Shown here: piece by piece, positions 46,921 through 60,266 of the stretch
Position numbering within the stretch: the stretch's first letter is position 1
Layout of the letters: the number at the start of each line of letters is the position of its first letter
Source of the DNA: Eledone cirrhosa
Taxonomy: Eukaryota
DNA length: 64,000 bases
Direction: 5' to 3'
Assembly: GCA_964016885.1 (NCBI GenBank)
Contig: OZ024761.1
Location: forward strand, 7,130,001-7,194,000
The notes under the pieces: generated by a model
Told to the model about the DNA's origin: nothing
Databases searched by the model: none
What the model saw: only the letters and a program-made list of their open reading frames with translations
Made by a program: the position numbers and the translations under genes

Positions 46921-48208
46921 TATATATATATATATATATAGGCAGAGAATTGGCAGAGTTGTTAAGACATCAGACAGAATGCATTACAGTATTCGTCCCA
47001 CCTCATCACGCGGTGAGTTCAAATCCGGCCAAGGTCAATTTTCGAGGCCGATAAAAAAAGTACCTGTCCACTACTGGAATTGATTCTTCCTATACAGAAA
47101 AAAATCAGCCATGTTCAGACCTGGAGAGGTTTGGGCTCTGCCAGGTTTAAAAGTGCCCTAGACACACCATATGATGATGCCTCTATGATTTCACAAGGAG
47201 TTATGGGGTTATATATATATGTAATGATATATTACACAATGTGATATGTAACAGACCCGCTTTGCCTAAGTACATAGCGAAACCTACAGTCAGTAGGCAC
47301 CTCTAACAAAAATACACTCCCGTCCCACTACCCCCACCCCATCCACACCACCCCTTTCGATGTAAAGTTATGTTGGTACCACAACATCCAGTCCTAAACA
47401 AATGAGGTCGTGTAGGTGTCACGACAAAAAAAACACACAGTCCACGCTGTAATGTGGCCGTGTAGGTAACACGGTAAAAACCTCCCAGTCCACACTGTAA
47501 ACGTGGTTGGTGTTAGGAAGGGCATCCAGCCGTAGAAAACCCGCCAGACAGTCCTATGCGACCAAGACAACCAATCGTGCCTCAAGTGGGAAAATTCCCG
47601 TCCAAACCCATGCAAGCGTGGAAGATGGACGTTAAACGATGATGATGATGATGAACAATATATTGTATTATATATACTACATACGTATCATCACCATCAA
47701 CATTGTCATTTTAATGTCAGCCTTCCCTGCTAGCAAGGGTTGGATGGGCCTACATAGACCAAGTCAGTACTGAAGTGGAGCCACTGATCTCCCAAACTAG
47801 CCAGGAGTCTGTCCTTGCTTGGGTCCAGTCTCGCATTCCACTGAGTGCACAGGAGAGGTTGTCATGTCAGGAGGGTCTTGCAACCCTTTGTTTGGCAAGC
47901 TTCTTACAGGTGGATGTCCTTCCTATCACCAACTACTTTACAGAATGTACTGGATGTATTTATCATGTAGATCACCAACAATAGAGAGGTTGTCATGTCA
48001 GGAGGGTCCTTGCAACCCTTTGTTTGGCAAGCTTCTTACAGCTGGATGCCCTTCCTATCACCAACAATAGGGAGGTTGTCATGTCTTTGATACAACTGAA
48101 GGGTCCTCCCAACTCTGGCAAGCTTCCTACAGCTGGATGCCCTTCCTCTCACCAACTACTTTACAGAGTGTACTGGGTGCAAGATAAGAAAGAAGCTGTT
48201 ATAATTAC

Positions 48209-48352
48209 CTTGAGTACCACATATTCCACATTTTGGAGGAGCTCTTTTGGTTCCACCATGACCATCATTTCCACTGGTTTTCTGTTTCTTGGACTGATGT
48301 CTCTGGTTATCGTTACTGAATGTCTGAGGTTGATATGTGTTGCCACCACTCC
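48209..48352 (-). CDS. TOP3A: TOP3A exon: linker and first half of CCHC knuckle (…KRAPPKCGICGTQ)
   Basis: tttgacAG/GTAATT sites; phase 1 in and out; CxxC. Confidence 0.88.
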
Positions 48353-48514
48353 CTGTCAAAAACAATACAATACAATACAAAATATACCTCATCAGCATCC
48401 TTTTTACAGACATATTATGATGATGATGATGATCTTCAACATGTTGATTATTTTCAAGATTAAAATTACAACTTAAAACTGTCTATTGCTCTAAAAATAT
48501 GGTTCTGTATTAAG

Positions 48515-48710
48515 AAGGGCATCCAGATGTCTTGACGTGACTGTTTACTGATGTCAAGGACATCCAGATGTCTTGACGTGACTGTTTACTGATGTCAAGG
48601 ACATCCAGATGCCTTGACGTGACTGTTTACTGATGTCAAGGACATCCAGATGCCTTGACATGGCTGTTTAGTGATGTCTTGACATGACTGTTTAGTGATG
48701 TCATGACAAC
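48515..48710. repeat. 41-bp tandem repeat (~4 copies)
   Basis: AGGACATCCAGATGTCTTGACGTGACTGTTTACTGATGTCA repeated. Confidence 0.85.
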
Positions 48711-49086
48711 TCCTCCAGTGGTGGAACCAAAATAAAATGCATCCAGTACACTCTGCAAAGTGGTTGGCACTGTGAAAGGTGTCCAGCTGCATTGAATGGT
48801 AGACATAAAACGATGATGATGAGCAATAACTGCTACAGAGGTCTATTATTAAGAGTAGATGCATGTGTGACACATTAGACAAGTGTCTTTTACTATGGGC
48901 CCAGGCTGACTTATGCCTTCTGAGTGAAATTTGGTAGATAGAAACTATGTAGAAGTCTGTTACATACATATATATATGTACACAGAGAAAGAGATAGATG
49001 GTTCTGAATGAGCAAGGCATGGTTATCTGATCAGACCTGTCTCACAATGGGATAACTTGACCAACCCACGCTAGCATGGAAAACGG

Positions 49087-49565
49087 TGATCATCATCATC
49101 ATCATTTTACATCCGCTTTTCCCTGCTTGCAAGGGTGGGATGGGTCCTATTCAGCACAGCATCTCTCCACTTGTCACGGTCCTTCGTCATCTCCTCGGTG
49201 AGTTACAGCGATCTGAGGTCTGCTCTCACCACCTCCGCCTATGTTTTACGTGGTCTTCCTCTACTGCGTCCTCCCTCCACTGGGACTTCCTGGCACTACT
49301 TCACCCATCGGTCATCCTCCATGCACATCACATGTCCATACCTTCTCAGCCTTCTCTCTTGCACACCACAACTTATCCCTCTTATACCCAGTTTCTTTCT
49401 CAACTCGTCTATGCTTGGTCGTTCACACACATTGACATTGCACATCCAACGGAGCATACTTGCTTCATTTCTCTCCAGCTGTCGCATATCCTCTGCAGTT
49501 GCTGCCCATGATTCACTACCATGCAGCATCTCGCATCTCACATCTTACACAGGCATCATATAACC
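49087..49565 (-). mobile_element. RTE LINE 3' end
   Basis: MLHGSESW..ERNEASMLRW..RLRRYGHV. Confidence 0.88.
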
Positions 49566-49652
49566 GTGATGATGATGATATTATATATATATATATATGT
49601 ATGTTGGTGAGAAACGGGGTGTTGATGGGGGAGATGGAGATCAGTGACATAC

Positions 49653-49762
49653 CTGATGAGGTGTCATCATCCCACTGGAAGAAGTTACATCCTGCTTCTC
49701 TGCTTTGAGGACATACGTAGAATTGTCTCCCTTTGTTGGCGTTCTCTTTCTGAACTGTTAAA
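49653..49762 (-). CDS. TOP3A: TOP3A exon: GRF zinc finger 2 (LTVQKENANKGRQFYVCPQSREAGCNFFQWDD)
   Basis: ctttccAG/GTATGT sites; clear GRF motif. Confidence 0.92.
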
Positions 49763-49904
49763 CTGGAAAGATAAACAAACAAATATACACAAGTATTTAA
49801 CGAGTGAGATGGATCAGCTCCCGTATAAGACGTTAGACTATCCGCAAAGAAACTTTATCTAATTAAATAAACTGAGAGGTATAGTTAAATTAGATGTTAA
49901 TATA

Positions 49905-51430
49905 TTTCTACCCTTTCATTACCATATTTCTAATGAAAGACACTGCCTATGTCATTAACCCTTTCATTACCATATTTCTAATGAAAGATACTACCTATGT
50001 CATTAACCCTTTCATTACCATATTTCTAATGAAAGACACTGCCTATGTCATTAACCCTTTCATTACCATATTTCTAATGAAAGACACTGTCTATGTCATT
50101 AACCCTTTCATTACCATATTTCTAATGAAAGACACTGTCTATGTCATTAAGGCTTTCATTACCATATTTCTAATGAAAGACACTGTCTATGTCATTAACC
50201 CTTTCATTGCCATATTTCTAATGAAAGACACTGTCTATGTCATTAACCCTTTCATTACCATATTTCTAATGAAAGACACTGTCTATGTCATTAACCCTTT
50301 CATTACCATATTTCTAATGAAAGACACTGTCTATGTCATTAACCCTTTCATTGCCATATTTCTAATGAAAGACACTGTCTATGTCATTAACCCTTTCATT
50401 ACCATATTTCTAATGAAAGACACTGTCTATGTCATTAAGGCTTTCATTACCATATTTCTAATGAAAGACACTGTCTATGTCATTAACCCTTTCATTACCA
50501 TATTTCTAATGAAAGACACTGTCTATGTCATTAACCCTTTCATTACCATATTTCTAATGAAAGACACTACCTATGTCATTAACCCTTTCATTACCATATT
50601 TCTAATGAAAGACACTGTCTATGTCATTAACCCTTTCATTGCCATATTTCTAATGAAAGACACTGTCTATGTCATTAACCCTTTCATTACCATATTTCTA
50701 ATGAAAGACACTGTCTATGTCATTAACCCTTTCATTACCATATTTCTAATGAAAGACACTGTCTATGTCATTAACCCTTTCATTGCCATATTTCTAATGA
50801 AAGACACTGTCTATGTCATTAACCTTTTCATTACCATATTTCTAATGAAAGACACTGTCTATGTCATTAACCCTTTCATTGCCATATTTCTAATGAAAGA
50901 CACTGTCTATGTCATTAACCCTTTCATTACCATATTTCTAATGAAGACACTGTCTATGTCATTAACCCTTTCATTACCATATTTCTAATGAAAGACACTG
51001 TCTATGTCATTAACCCTTTCATTACCATATTTCTAATGAAAGACACTGTCTATGTCATTAACCCTTTCATTATCATATTTTTAATGAAAGATACTACCTA
51101 TGTCATTAACCCTTCCATTACCATATTTCTAATGAAAGACACTGTCTATGTCATTAACCCTTTCATTACCATATTTTTAATGAAAGACACTGTCTATGTC
51201 ATTAACCCTTCCATTACCATATTTCTAATGAAAGACACTGTCTATGTCATTAACCCTTTCATAACCATATTTCTAATGAAAGACACTGTCTATGTCATTA
51301 ACCCTTTCATTACCATATTTCTAATGAAAGACATTGTCTATGTCATTAACCCTTTCATTACCATATTTTTAATGAAAGACACTGTCTATGTCATTATCCC
51401 TTTCATTACCATACTTATAATAAAAGATAC
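49905..51430. repeat. 48-bp minisatellite, ~31 copies
   Basis: Unit TTAACCCTTTCATTACCATATTTCTAATGAAAGACACTGTCTATGTCA. Confidence 0.97.
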
Positions 51431-51960
51431 TGTCTTGGGTACACAAGAGATGTAGTGGGATAATTAGTAAGCTAGCAGGAAGGGAATACTTTGTATGTAG
51501 AAGATGCACAGGAGTAACTGAGGGGAAGAGTGTCAGCAATATAAACCTTTTTCAACCACAGGAAGGATCCATATAAGTGGTTGGTTGATAGCTTCTGCTA
51601 TCTAGGTGACTTAATTAGCAGCAGAGGAGGGTACATTGATAGCTAGAATAAGGATAGGATGGAAAAGGTTTAGAGAGCTTCTTCCATTGTTGACAACAAA
51701 TGGTTTCTGTCTGCGTAAAAAAGGAGACTGTATGATGCCTGTGTGCATAGACTGGAAAGAAATGAAACGACCATGTTTCATTGGATGTGCAATGTAAATG
51801 TGAGAGAAAGACAGAGCTGTGTTTAAGAGAAATCGGAGGTGGTATACAAGAGAGAAGAAGACTGCATTGGTATAAACATGTGATGTACATGGATGATGAT
51901 TGCTGGGTGAAGAAATGCCAGGAAATCCCAGTGGAAGGAACTGTTTTACGTGGAAAGAGT
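51430..51960 (+). mobile_element. Old RTE LINE fragment
   Basis: [31 protein letters not shown]. Confidence 0.75.
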
Positions 51961-52137
51961 GGTTCCACCACTACCACTATCGACACAAACATTCAATTTA
52001 TTTCAATAGTAAGTCTGAATTTTGACACCTCTAGCACATCAGCCATACTCACTGAACCAGAACGATTTCTCCCCCTCCCATTTCTTAACCATTATCTTTT
52101 GTTTGGCACAAAACTCTCTATGACAAATCATCGGACT

Positions 52138-52600
52138 GTGAAAATGGCAATAAAGAACCCTCAAACACAAAATTTAATGTACTTATTCATGTGACAGTCA
52201 TAACCAACCAAATTACATTTATAAAAAAACAACAATTTGAGCCACTTTTTTAAGTGAAAATGGCAATAAAGAACCCTCAAACACAAAATTTAATGTACTT
52301 ATTCATGTGACAGTCATAACCAACCAAATTACATTTATAAAAAAACAACAATTTGAGCCACTTTTTTAAGTGAAAATGGCAATAAAGAACCCTCAAATGC
52401 GAACTGGCGCAAAAGTTGATGTACTTATTCACGTGACTGTCATCAACCAACCAAATTACGCTTATAAATAAAACAACAATTTGAGCCACACTTTAAAAGG
52501 CAAACACAATAAGAACTTTGTAACGCAAACTGGCGCGAAATTTATTATACTTATTCACGTGTCAAAAACCCAGCAATTCGAGCCACTCTTTCCACATAAA
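52138..52600. repeat. ~116-bp tandem repeat, 3-4 progressively diverged copies
   Basis: GTGAAAATGGCAATAAAGAACCCTCAAA at ~52138, 52254 and 52370. Confidence 0.85.
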
Positions 52601-52814
52601 ACAGAAGTAACTTTCAAACACCAACCACATGCGAGAAAAACCACAAACCCTCCATCTCAATTCTAATTTTGAAAAGCATAAGAACTGTGAAACCGGTAAA
52701 GGAAACAAATAAATATTCTTAAAAAGACTCCAGTTGCGTTTTCAATTTCTTTTCCTCATACTTTCACTCGTGTAGGACATCTGTTTTTTTTTTCATAAAA
52801 AAAAAACCTCATTT

Positions 52815-52848
<34 letters not shown>

Positions 52849-52925
52849 CAAATAAAATATACACTCATAATAATACCTATAATAATTAAGCTCAAAGTAA
52901 AAATACTGAGCATTTTATAATATAT

Positions 52926-53202
52926 ATTTAGCAAATAAGAAAAAATTTTAAAATAAATTTTTAAAAATTCACTGTACCTGCTATGGTTACCTTTACCGTA
53001 CGGTTTCGAGTCTCAAAAATAAATGGATAGTCCTTACGGGCCTCCATTGAAAAGAAAAACTCTCGTCAGAAGGTTCTTTTCATTCGGAGAATATAAAATT
53101 CCCGAGTTCGAATTACGAACTGGCGCTATTCAAAATTGTTCCCGTAGCAGGTACAGTGAATTTTTTAAAATTTATTTTAAAACTTTTTCTTATTTGCTAA
53201 AT
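52926..53202. mobile_element. MITE-like element with ~60 bp terminal inverted repeats
   Basis: ATTTAGCAAATAAGAAAA..TTCACTGTACCTGCTA / TAGCAGGTACAGTGAA..TTCTTATTTGCTAAAT. Confidence 0.75.
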
Positions 53203-53333
53203 CTTGATTATATATGTTCTGGCTCGTTAATTTATTAACCTGCCATAGAACCACATTGGCATATGGTTGGATAATACATGTGTCCCTATATGTATTTTGC
53301 ATGTAGGGATATATACTTTATTATTATATATAC

Positions 53334-53427
<94 letters not shown>

Positions 53428-53588
53428 TGAGAGAGAGAGTGTGTGAGAGAGAGAGCGTGAGAGAGAGAGCGTGAGAGAGAGAGAGATGAAACCAGATAAG
53501 TACAGTTTTGATACAATTACTTATTTGGTCTGTAAAACAGAGGTATTTACTAATGTATATAAATATTAGAAATATTAGAAAAACTAAC

Positions 53589-53708
53589 TGTTTAGCTTCT
53601 AAGTTACAATTGCATTTGACTGTTTGTGGGGTAATGTCACTTCTTGATGGGCGAACCTGAGCTCTAGATGGACCAACATTTGTTTGCCTGGGATTTGATG
53701 AAAGAGAG
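53589..53708 (-). CDS. TOP3A: TOP3A exon: linker and start of GRF zinc finger 2 (…TVKCNCNLEAK)
   Basis: ttttttAG/GTTAGT sites; phase 2 in and out; CxC of the second GRF. Confidence 0.85.
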
Positions 53709-53827
53709 CTAAAAAACAAAAATAAAATGACATTATTGAGTGTGTGTAAGTGTTATGTGTGTGCAGTGTGTGTGTATACATATGTATTTATCATTACAAA
53801 TATACAAATATACAAATATACAAATAT

Positions 53828-54206
53828 AAGTAAGGTCTCCTTCCGATATTGCAACTTTTCCGTTAAAATCCTGTGGATGGTACTTCGGGAAACCTCAGGA
53901 ACCAAAATGCAGAGAGCATCCAGAGTGATCCGCCGATCTTTACGCATGTTTTCCTCGGAAGGAGACCTTACTTTTGGGATTGCCCTCTATATAATAACTG
54001 CGCGAAATACGCACTTGGCGGTAGCGTTCAACGGGAGCTCCATTCTCAACGGCTGCCAAGCCAAGATTGAGCATCCCAGTGAAGCGGGTGCATGCTTCTT
54101 TGGGAGTGAAGGAAGCACCAATCACAAGTGTTGCCAACAGCCGTACAAACAGTTTCTCTGCGTCCCCCATCGCTTTGGAGACCTTACTTTTGGGATTACC
54201 CTCGTA
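53828..54206 (-). mobile_element. Internally deleted mariner element with duplicated 5' TIR
   Basis: TA-CGAGGGTAATCCCAAAAGTAAGGTCTCC TIR (54177-54206, again 53961-53989, partial opposite copy 53828-53840); MELPLNATAKCVFRAVI and DRRITLD..VSRSTIHRILTEKLQYRK fragments. Confidence 0.8.
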
Positions 54207-54690
54207 TATAGTACAGACTCTCTCCCTGTTGGTAAAAATTTATAAAATAATTGTTTCTACTTTTGGCACAAGGCCAGCAAATACCCAGTACATTACTGGT
54301 ACATTATTTTATCGACCCCGTAAGGATGAAAGGCAAAGTTGCAAACCAGTACATACGTATGTATGTTCTGGTTTCATTATTTTATAAATTTTAAGGTTAA
54401 CTTTGCCTTTCATCCTTACGGGGTCGATAAAATAAAGTACCAGTAATGCACTGGGTAATTGCTGGCCTTGTGCCAAAAGTAGAAACAATTATTTTATAAA
54501 TTTTTACCAACAGAGAGAAAGTCGGTTTCTAACATAGACACAAGACTCTCATTGGAATTTAGACATCAACTAGGTAGATATGTATGAATGTCTGCAGGTA
54601 TGGATGTTACTGTATGTGTGGATCTGTAGGCTTGAGTTATACATGTGCATGTGCATATGCTTTGTATCTGTACATGTGTATATGCAGTTA

Positions 54691-57308
54691 TTAGATGCAG
54701 TATTTTTGGAATGTTTTACAAATTTTTACTGTTCCATTAATGGATTGTACTTGTAATTTCCTAACTAGTTGTGTTCTTTCTGTTCCTGTGAAGCCTAGCT
54801 TCTCAAGATATCCCAGTGCCCCAATAATCACAGGCATAAATCTGAAGGTATAATCAGGGTGGAGTATCTGCAGATTTCTCATTAGTTCTGCATAGATATT
54901 CTCCTTTTCGCTAATCTTTAATATTATATTGGCATCTGGTGGGTAGCTAACTTCCACTACTGTGCATGCTTTCATTTCTGTCCCAAATCATTATATCTGG
55001 TCTGTTATTGGGGTTTTGATAGGAACATTCCACCAGTACTCTTTCATATTATGTATATATCTGTCTTCCACATTGCTGTAGCTTTTAATGTGTTTATTAT
55101 CGGGGCTATCTTTTCTACGGATTGCACTGTACAGTGTTTTGGCCACTACATCATGCCTCATAGGTAGATAGTACCGCGATGACATCTTTGGACAGCTGCT
55201 GATGACAGGGGTGATATCTTCAATGTTAATTCTGCAGAGTCTGTACTTGTTGTCACATCTAGGTGTTTTGCCTGCATCCCTATCTCTTTTGTGAATAGGT
55301 ATTTCTTGTTGATTTCCTGTTCTTGGATTGCAAAAGTGTATCCTTCAAAGTAAGAGCCAATATAGCGGTTGTTGGTCCAAGATAGACTACTTTCCTTATC
55401 TATATTACTCTCACTCTGACAACATATCCATGCATGATTTTTTGCTGATAAGCATGCAGTTTTTCATCCATGGATTCACAGTGGTATTGCTGGGCAATTT
55501 CCCTGGGTGTGAGTTTTTGATTATTATGCAGGGAGTACTGTATTTCCCAGCGTCAAAGATGCTTCATTTTTCCTAAAATAAGTCTCAAAAATCTACCATG
55601 CGTCCTGGAGGTCGAAGGTTGTTCGATATTTTTTTTCAAATTTTTGGTTGTCAAAATTAGGGTGTGTCCTCAAGGACGAAACGTCTTCGGCACCGAGAAA
55701 TACGGTATATTTCAAGGAGTTCCTTCCCAACTCTCATAATCTTATCTGTTTCATACAGACAGACTTGCTCAATAGAAGGGCTCCTACGCTTCGAGGTTCG
55801 TAAATGTTGTTGGGGGGGATATGATGAGACACTCAAATGCTGTCTGGACTGATGCTAGGCCTCTGCCTCCCTTACGTTTGCTTGCGTTTCAAGTAGAGGC
55901 GGTCTATGTCACTGTTGATGTGGAACTTTCCGGTGTTGGTTAGAATTTTTCTAGTTTTAACATCAATCGCTCGGATTTTGTCTATCGTCCAATCGAGTAT
56001 TCCAAACATTGGTGTTAGGACAGGCACAGCAAACACATTGTGAGCCACTGTTTTATTGTGTACAGAGAGTTCCGATGACCAAATCTTTCTTAATCGGGTG
56101 TAGTATTCCCTGGTTACGTGTTCCTTATTACAGATACCATTATAGAATATGTTCTCATCTATCCCCAGCCATCTGTAGCAGTCCTCATCAGATATCAGTG
56201 AAACAGTTAGGCCATTGATGACAATGTTGCTAGATTGGGTTGTTGTTTTTCCCCGCTTTACAGTCATATATGAGCATTTATCTTGGCCAAACGCCATTCC
56301 TATATCCTTTGAGAACGTTGTAACCAGGTCAAGATTTTTCTTCATCCCATCTTTGTTCTTGGCATAGAGTTTCAAGTCATCCACAAAAAAATTATGGGTT
56401 AAATTCGTATTTCGGTTCTCCTGTGAGCCAATGATGTATCCTTCACATTTCTTGAGCAGAAAAGACAAGGGGTTTAATAACAGAATAAATAGTAGCACAG
56501 AGAGACTGTCTCTTTGAAATATACTCCTGTGATATTCTATTTTATCAGTAAAAATAGAGTCCTCCTTCTCTGTTTTTAACTTTAGGATAGTAGCCCAAGA
56601 AGAAGACAGCTTCTCTATGGCTCTGATAATAATGTCTGGGACTTTAGCAAGTCAGAGGGCCTCTATCATCCAAAAGCCTCTATCATCCAAAAGTGGGAAA
56701 CAGAATCGAAAGTTTTCCTGTAGTCCAGCCAGACTGTAGCCATATTCCTCCTAAGTTGTCGCACCTCCGACATCGCAGTTTTGTTGATTAGGAGTTGTTC
56801 AACACACCCCCAAACCCCTTTCTTTCCAGCTGCTTGTTCATCTGTGATGATGTTATTATTTTCACAATGATCTTGGAGAAATAGGTTCAGGCTGTATACA
56901 TCTTATACATTAGGTTCTGGCATGCAATGGATCGGTAGGTTTTGCCAAGTGGGTGTCTTTGTTCTTGGGGACCAGTTTGTTTGTAATAATGTCAACCATT
57001 CTGGTATATGTGTATCTCGCTTGAGAGCTTGTTGGTAGAGGTCGATAAGATATATCTGATAGAATATCAGTTTTCTGTACTAGTAGCCGACAATCATGTC
57101 TCTTCCTGGTGTTTTCTATCTTGGAGTTTTCCTATCACAGTCTTAAGGGTATCCTCATTTATTTTGTATGTTTTTATTGTAGTGTAGGAGCAATAGCTCT
57201 TTTGGATTTCTTTTAGCCACACTGCATCTTGGTTGAAATTCTTCTTTTCACTCCATATTTTTCTCCAGAAGGAATTTATGTCTTTCTGGGATGGGGTTGC
57301 AGTGACAT
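54691..57308 (-). mobile_element. 5'-truncated R4/Dong-like non-LTR retrotransposon (RT + zinc knuckle + restriction-like endonuclease), degenerate
   Basis: IFQRDSLS, FFVDDLKLY, IDRLYLKR, degenerate knuckle followed by RHDVVAK, VVEVSYP..KISEKENIY..L..PVIIGALG. Confidence 0.85.
55536..55708. mobile_element. Small pogo/Tigger-like MITE inside the R4-like element
   Basis: TACTGTATTTC ... GAAATACGGTA termini interrupting the RT frame; a similar relic at ~7105-7285 in each tandem unit. Confidence 0.55.
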
Positions 57309-57420
57309 TATATGTATGTATGTATGTATGCATATATGTATGTATACCAAAAAAGCTGGTGATGATAATGAAGTTAGAGTTATTACTACAGTGACTCTTT
57401 AATATTGTCTGGTGTCTTAC

Positions 57421-57505
57421 CTATTTGAAGTGGTGGAATTTTGGTTTTCATCAGCCCATAAGAAGAATCCACATGCGTTGTTGTTACATTTATAAAACTG
57501 ACGAC
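57421..57505 (-). CDS. TOP3A: TOP3A exon: rest of GRF zinc finger 1 (GRQFYKCNNNACGFFLWADE)
   Basis: tttcAG/GTAAG sites; GRxFYxC..CxFFxW motif; phase 1 in, phase 2 out. Confidence 0.92.
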
Positions 57506-57909
57506 CTGAAACAACACACAGAAATATTTCAATGGGAGCTGAATATATAAAACAAACTACAATAGACTAGGTGAGTAATAATTGTTTCTACTTTAGGCAC
57601 AAGGCCAGCAATTACCCAGTTCATTACTAGTACTTTATTTTATTGACCCCGTAAGGATGAAAGGCAAAGTTAACCTCGGCGGGATTTGAACTCAGATCGT
57701 AAAGGGACGTAACTATGCTGGAAAGCATGGCGTCCGACCCTCTACCGATACTGCCAATCCACCGCCCTGAGTAATAATAGGAGCTGATTATCAGATCAGA
57801 CCAAAGAAACAATGTGTCCATCAGTCACAACCTGTAGGAAGAAAGGAGCTGATCATCAGATCAGACCAAGGAAACAATGTTGCCACTGATCTTTCTGTCA
57901 GTCACAATT

Positions 57910-58820
57910 TCTGAATTATCGATGTCGTTGTTGAGATGCTGAAAGCATCTGGGATGGTGGGTCACACCTTAACCACCCATATTGTAAACCAAGTAACAGA
58001 GAACAGTGTCTTATCCAATGACTGGCAAGGCAGCATCATTGTCAACTGCTACAAGAGCAAAGGAGATACAGTAGACAGGGGAAACTATCGAGGCATGAAG
58101 TTGATGGAGCAGGTGATGATGTCACAGAGTTGTAGCACAGCAAATTATCCTAGATGAGATGTCAGGTAAAAGTACTATTGATGCCTTCTTCCTTGTAAGA
58201 CAACTGCAGGAGAAGTACTTAGCTAAAAGGAAGCCCTTCTACTTGGCATTCATTGACCTGTAGAAAGCATTTGCAAAGTCCCCCATTCCACAGTTTGGTG
58301 GGCTCTGAGGAAACTAGTAGATGAGTGGCTCGTAAGGGCTGTACAAGCCATGTGCAGAGGAGCAGTCTTCAAGGTTAGAATTAACAATGATTCATCATCA
58401 TCATTATTTTACATCCATTTTCCATGCTAGCATGGGTTAGACGAGTTGTCCTGTTGTAGGCAATGCCAAGTCAGGTAACTATGTCTTGCTCATACAGAAC
58501 TGATTTTGGCTTCATTTCTACAGCTGGATGCCCTTCTTAATGCCAACCTCATTTACAGTGAGTACTGGGTGCTTTTTATCGTGGTGCCTACACGACCACT
58601 TTACAGTGGGACGGAGGTGAGAGCATACTGTCTATATGCTTCAGCTTCGACTTGTACCCGTTGGAAGTCAGGTCTTGTGTATTACTGTGTAACGCCAGAG
58701 GTGTCGGTCCTGTGTCATCGCCTTTGAAAAGTGCAATCGGGCAAGATTATAGCAAGAAATTTAGTGTACAAGTAGGAGTCCATTAGGGCTTCATTCTTAG
58801 CCCTCCCTTCTTTATTATTA
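57910..58820 (+). mobile_element. Old RTE LINE fragment with a nested minus-strand RTE tail (58390-58745)
   Basis: EMLKASG, GNYRGMKL, WWALRKL motifs. Confidence 0.75.
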
Positions 58821-59036
58821 TGATAAACAATGTTAACCTCCACAGGATTTGAAACTCAGAAAGTAAAGAGCCTGAACAAATACCACAATGCATTTTATCA
58901 ACCTCAGTGCATTACTGGTATTTTATTTTATCTGTCACATTAACAATTCTACCAATCTACCACCAGGATATGCAATAAAACTGAGAAAAAAAACCCCATC
59001 AATATGAAAAAGTGGTCAACATAAATCTATACCCAC

Positions 59037-59256
59037 CTGTGTTGGGGCCTTCTTTACGCACAGTCAATAAAATAGGTTCTGCATTACAGCCACATACCAC
59101 AGTGGTTGCATTAGACTGACCAGCATTCCAACTATTATTATTCTCAACTCTAGAACGGGGCTGTACATTCATCAATCCTGGGTTTTTTGAGTGTGGTTGA
59201 TTCCCTCCAGCATTCCAGTTCTCTCGAGTTGGGTTCCGGTGTTTTCTTTGTATATG

Positions 59257-59289
<33 letters not shown>

Positions 59290-59411
59290 CATCCGACTGC
59301 TGCTGTTTGACATATTAGAGGAACGTTCACTGTTGTAACCACTGTCGACAAATGTTGAAGAGTTTCTATGAAGCTGCGAAGATGTGTTTGATGTTTGTCG
59401 GGCTTGTGATG
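59037..59411 (-). CDS. TOP3A: TOP3A exon: Ser/Asn-rich linker and start of GRF zinc finger 1 (VVCGCNAEPILLTVRKEGPNTG)
   Basis: tttcAG acceptor, GTGGGT donor, open frame throughout; CxC..LTVRKEGPNxG is the GRF signature. Confidence 0.9.
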
Positions 59412-60228
59412 CTGAAATAAATTAGGATTGCTTTTTTTTTTAACCCTTTAACATTTAAACTGGTCATATCCGGCTCACCTCTTCTCTTCAAACTGGCCAT
59501 AACCAGCCACTCATGCTGATGTTGAGGTATTGTTCTCAAAATAAATAATATCAAAATCTCATAGATTTAATACTATGTGAGATATTATGTGAGGTAAAGC
59601 CTTTACTGAGAAAATACAATAGTAAATGTAAACTAATGTTGAACTCAGATCATAAAGGGCCGTAACTATGCTGCAAAGCATGGCGTCCGACTCTCTACCA
59701 ATACTGCCAATTCACCGCTTAATAATGAAAAAGTAGTAATGTCCATGTCTATAGTATCGGTACTATTGGAACTATGGAAGAAATCCTTGATCTGTGAGTT
59801 ATGCATGCCAGGTCAGCCAGAAACACACGAGTCAACCAACTATTTAAAGTTTCTTGGGCTGAATTTCATCATTCCCAGCAGCCTTGCCACATTTCAGCTC
59901 CTTAATTGCTCTGGTGACATCAGCCCCCAAGAGGTTAATCATCATTCCCAGATGCACCTCATGTACATCAGAAGATGTTGTGACCAGATTTGGCAGGTGA
60001 GCAAAGTATTCTCCCTATCTTGTAAGGATGCACATCTCTTCAGAGAGAAGAACCCAAACAAGTTCCTGATAGCAGATATGGAGGGAGATTTCTTGTTACG
60101 ATGGTCTGTCAAGAAATATAAGTAATGCATGTGTAAAGTTTGAAAAAAAAATCGGTCATGTACCTCTCGAGTTTTAGGGATTTACACAGACAGACAGACA
60201 TCCTCTGTTTTATATATATAGATATATA

Positions 60229-60266
<38 letters not shown>

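Noticed and set aside
49894-51455. 364-aa and 155-aa repeat ORFs
   Set aside because: By-product of a 48-bp (multiple of 3) minisatellite lying antisense in a TOP3A intron.
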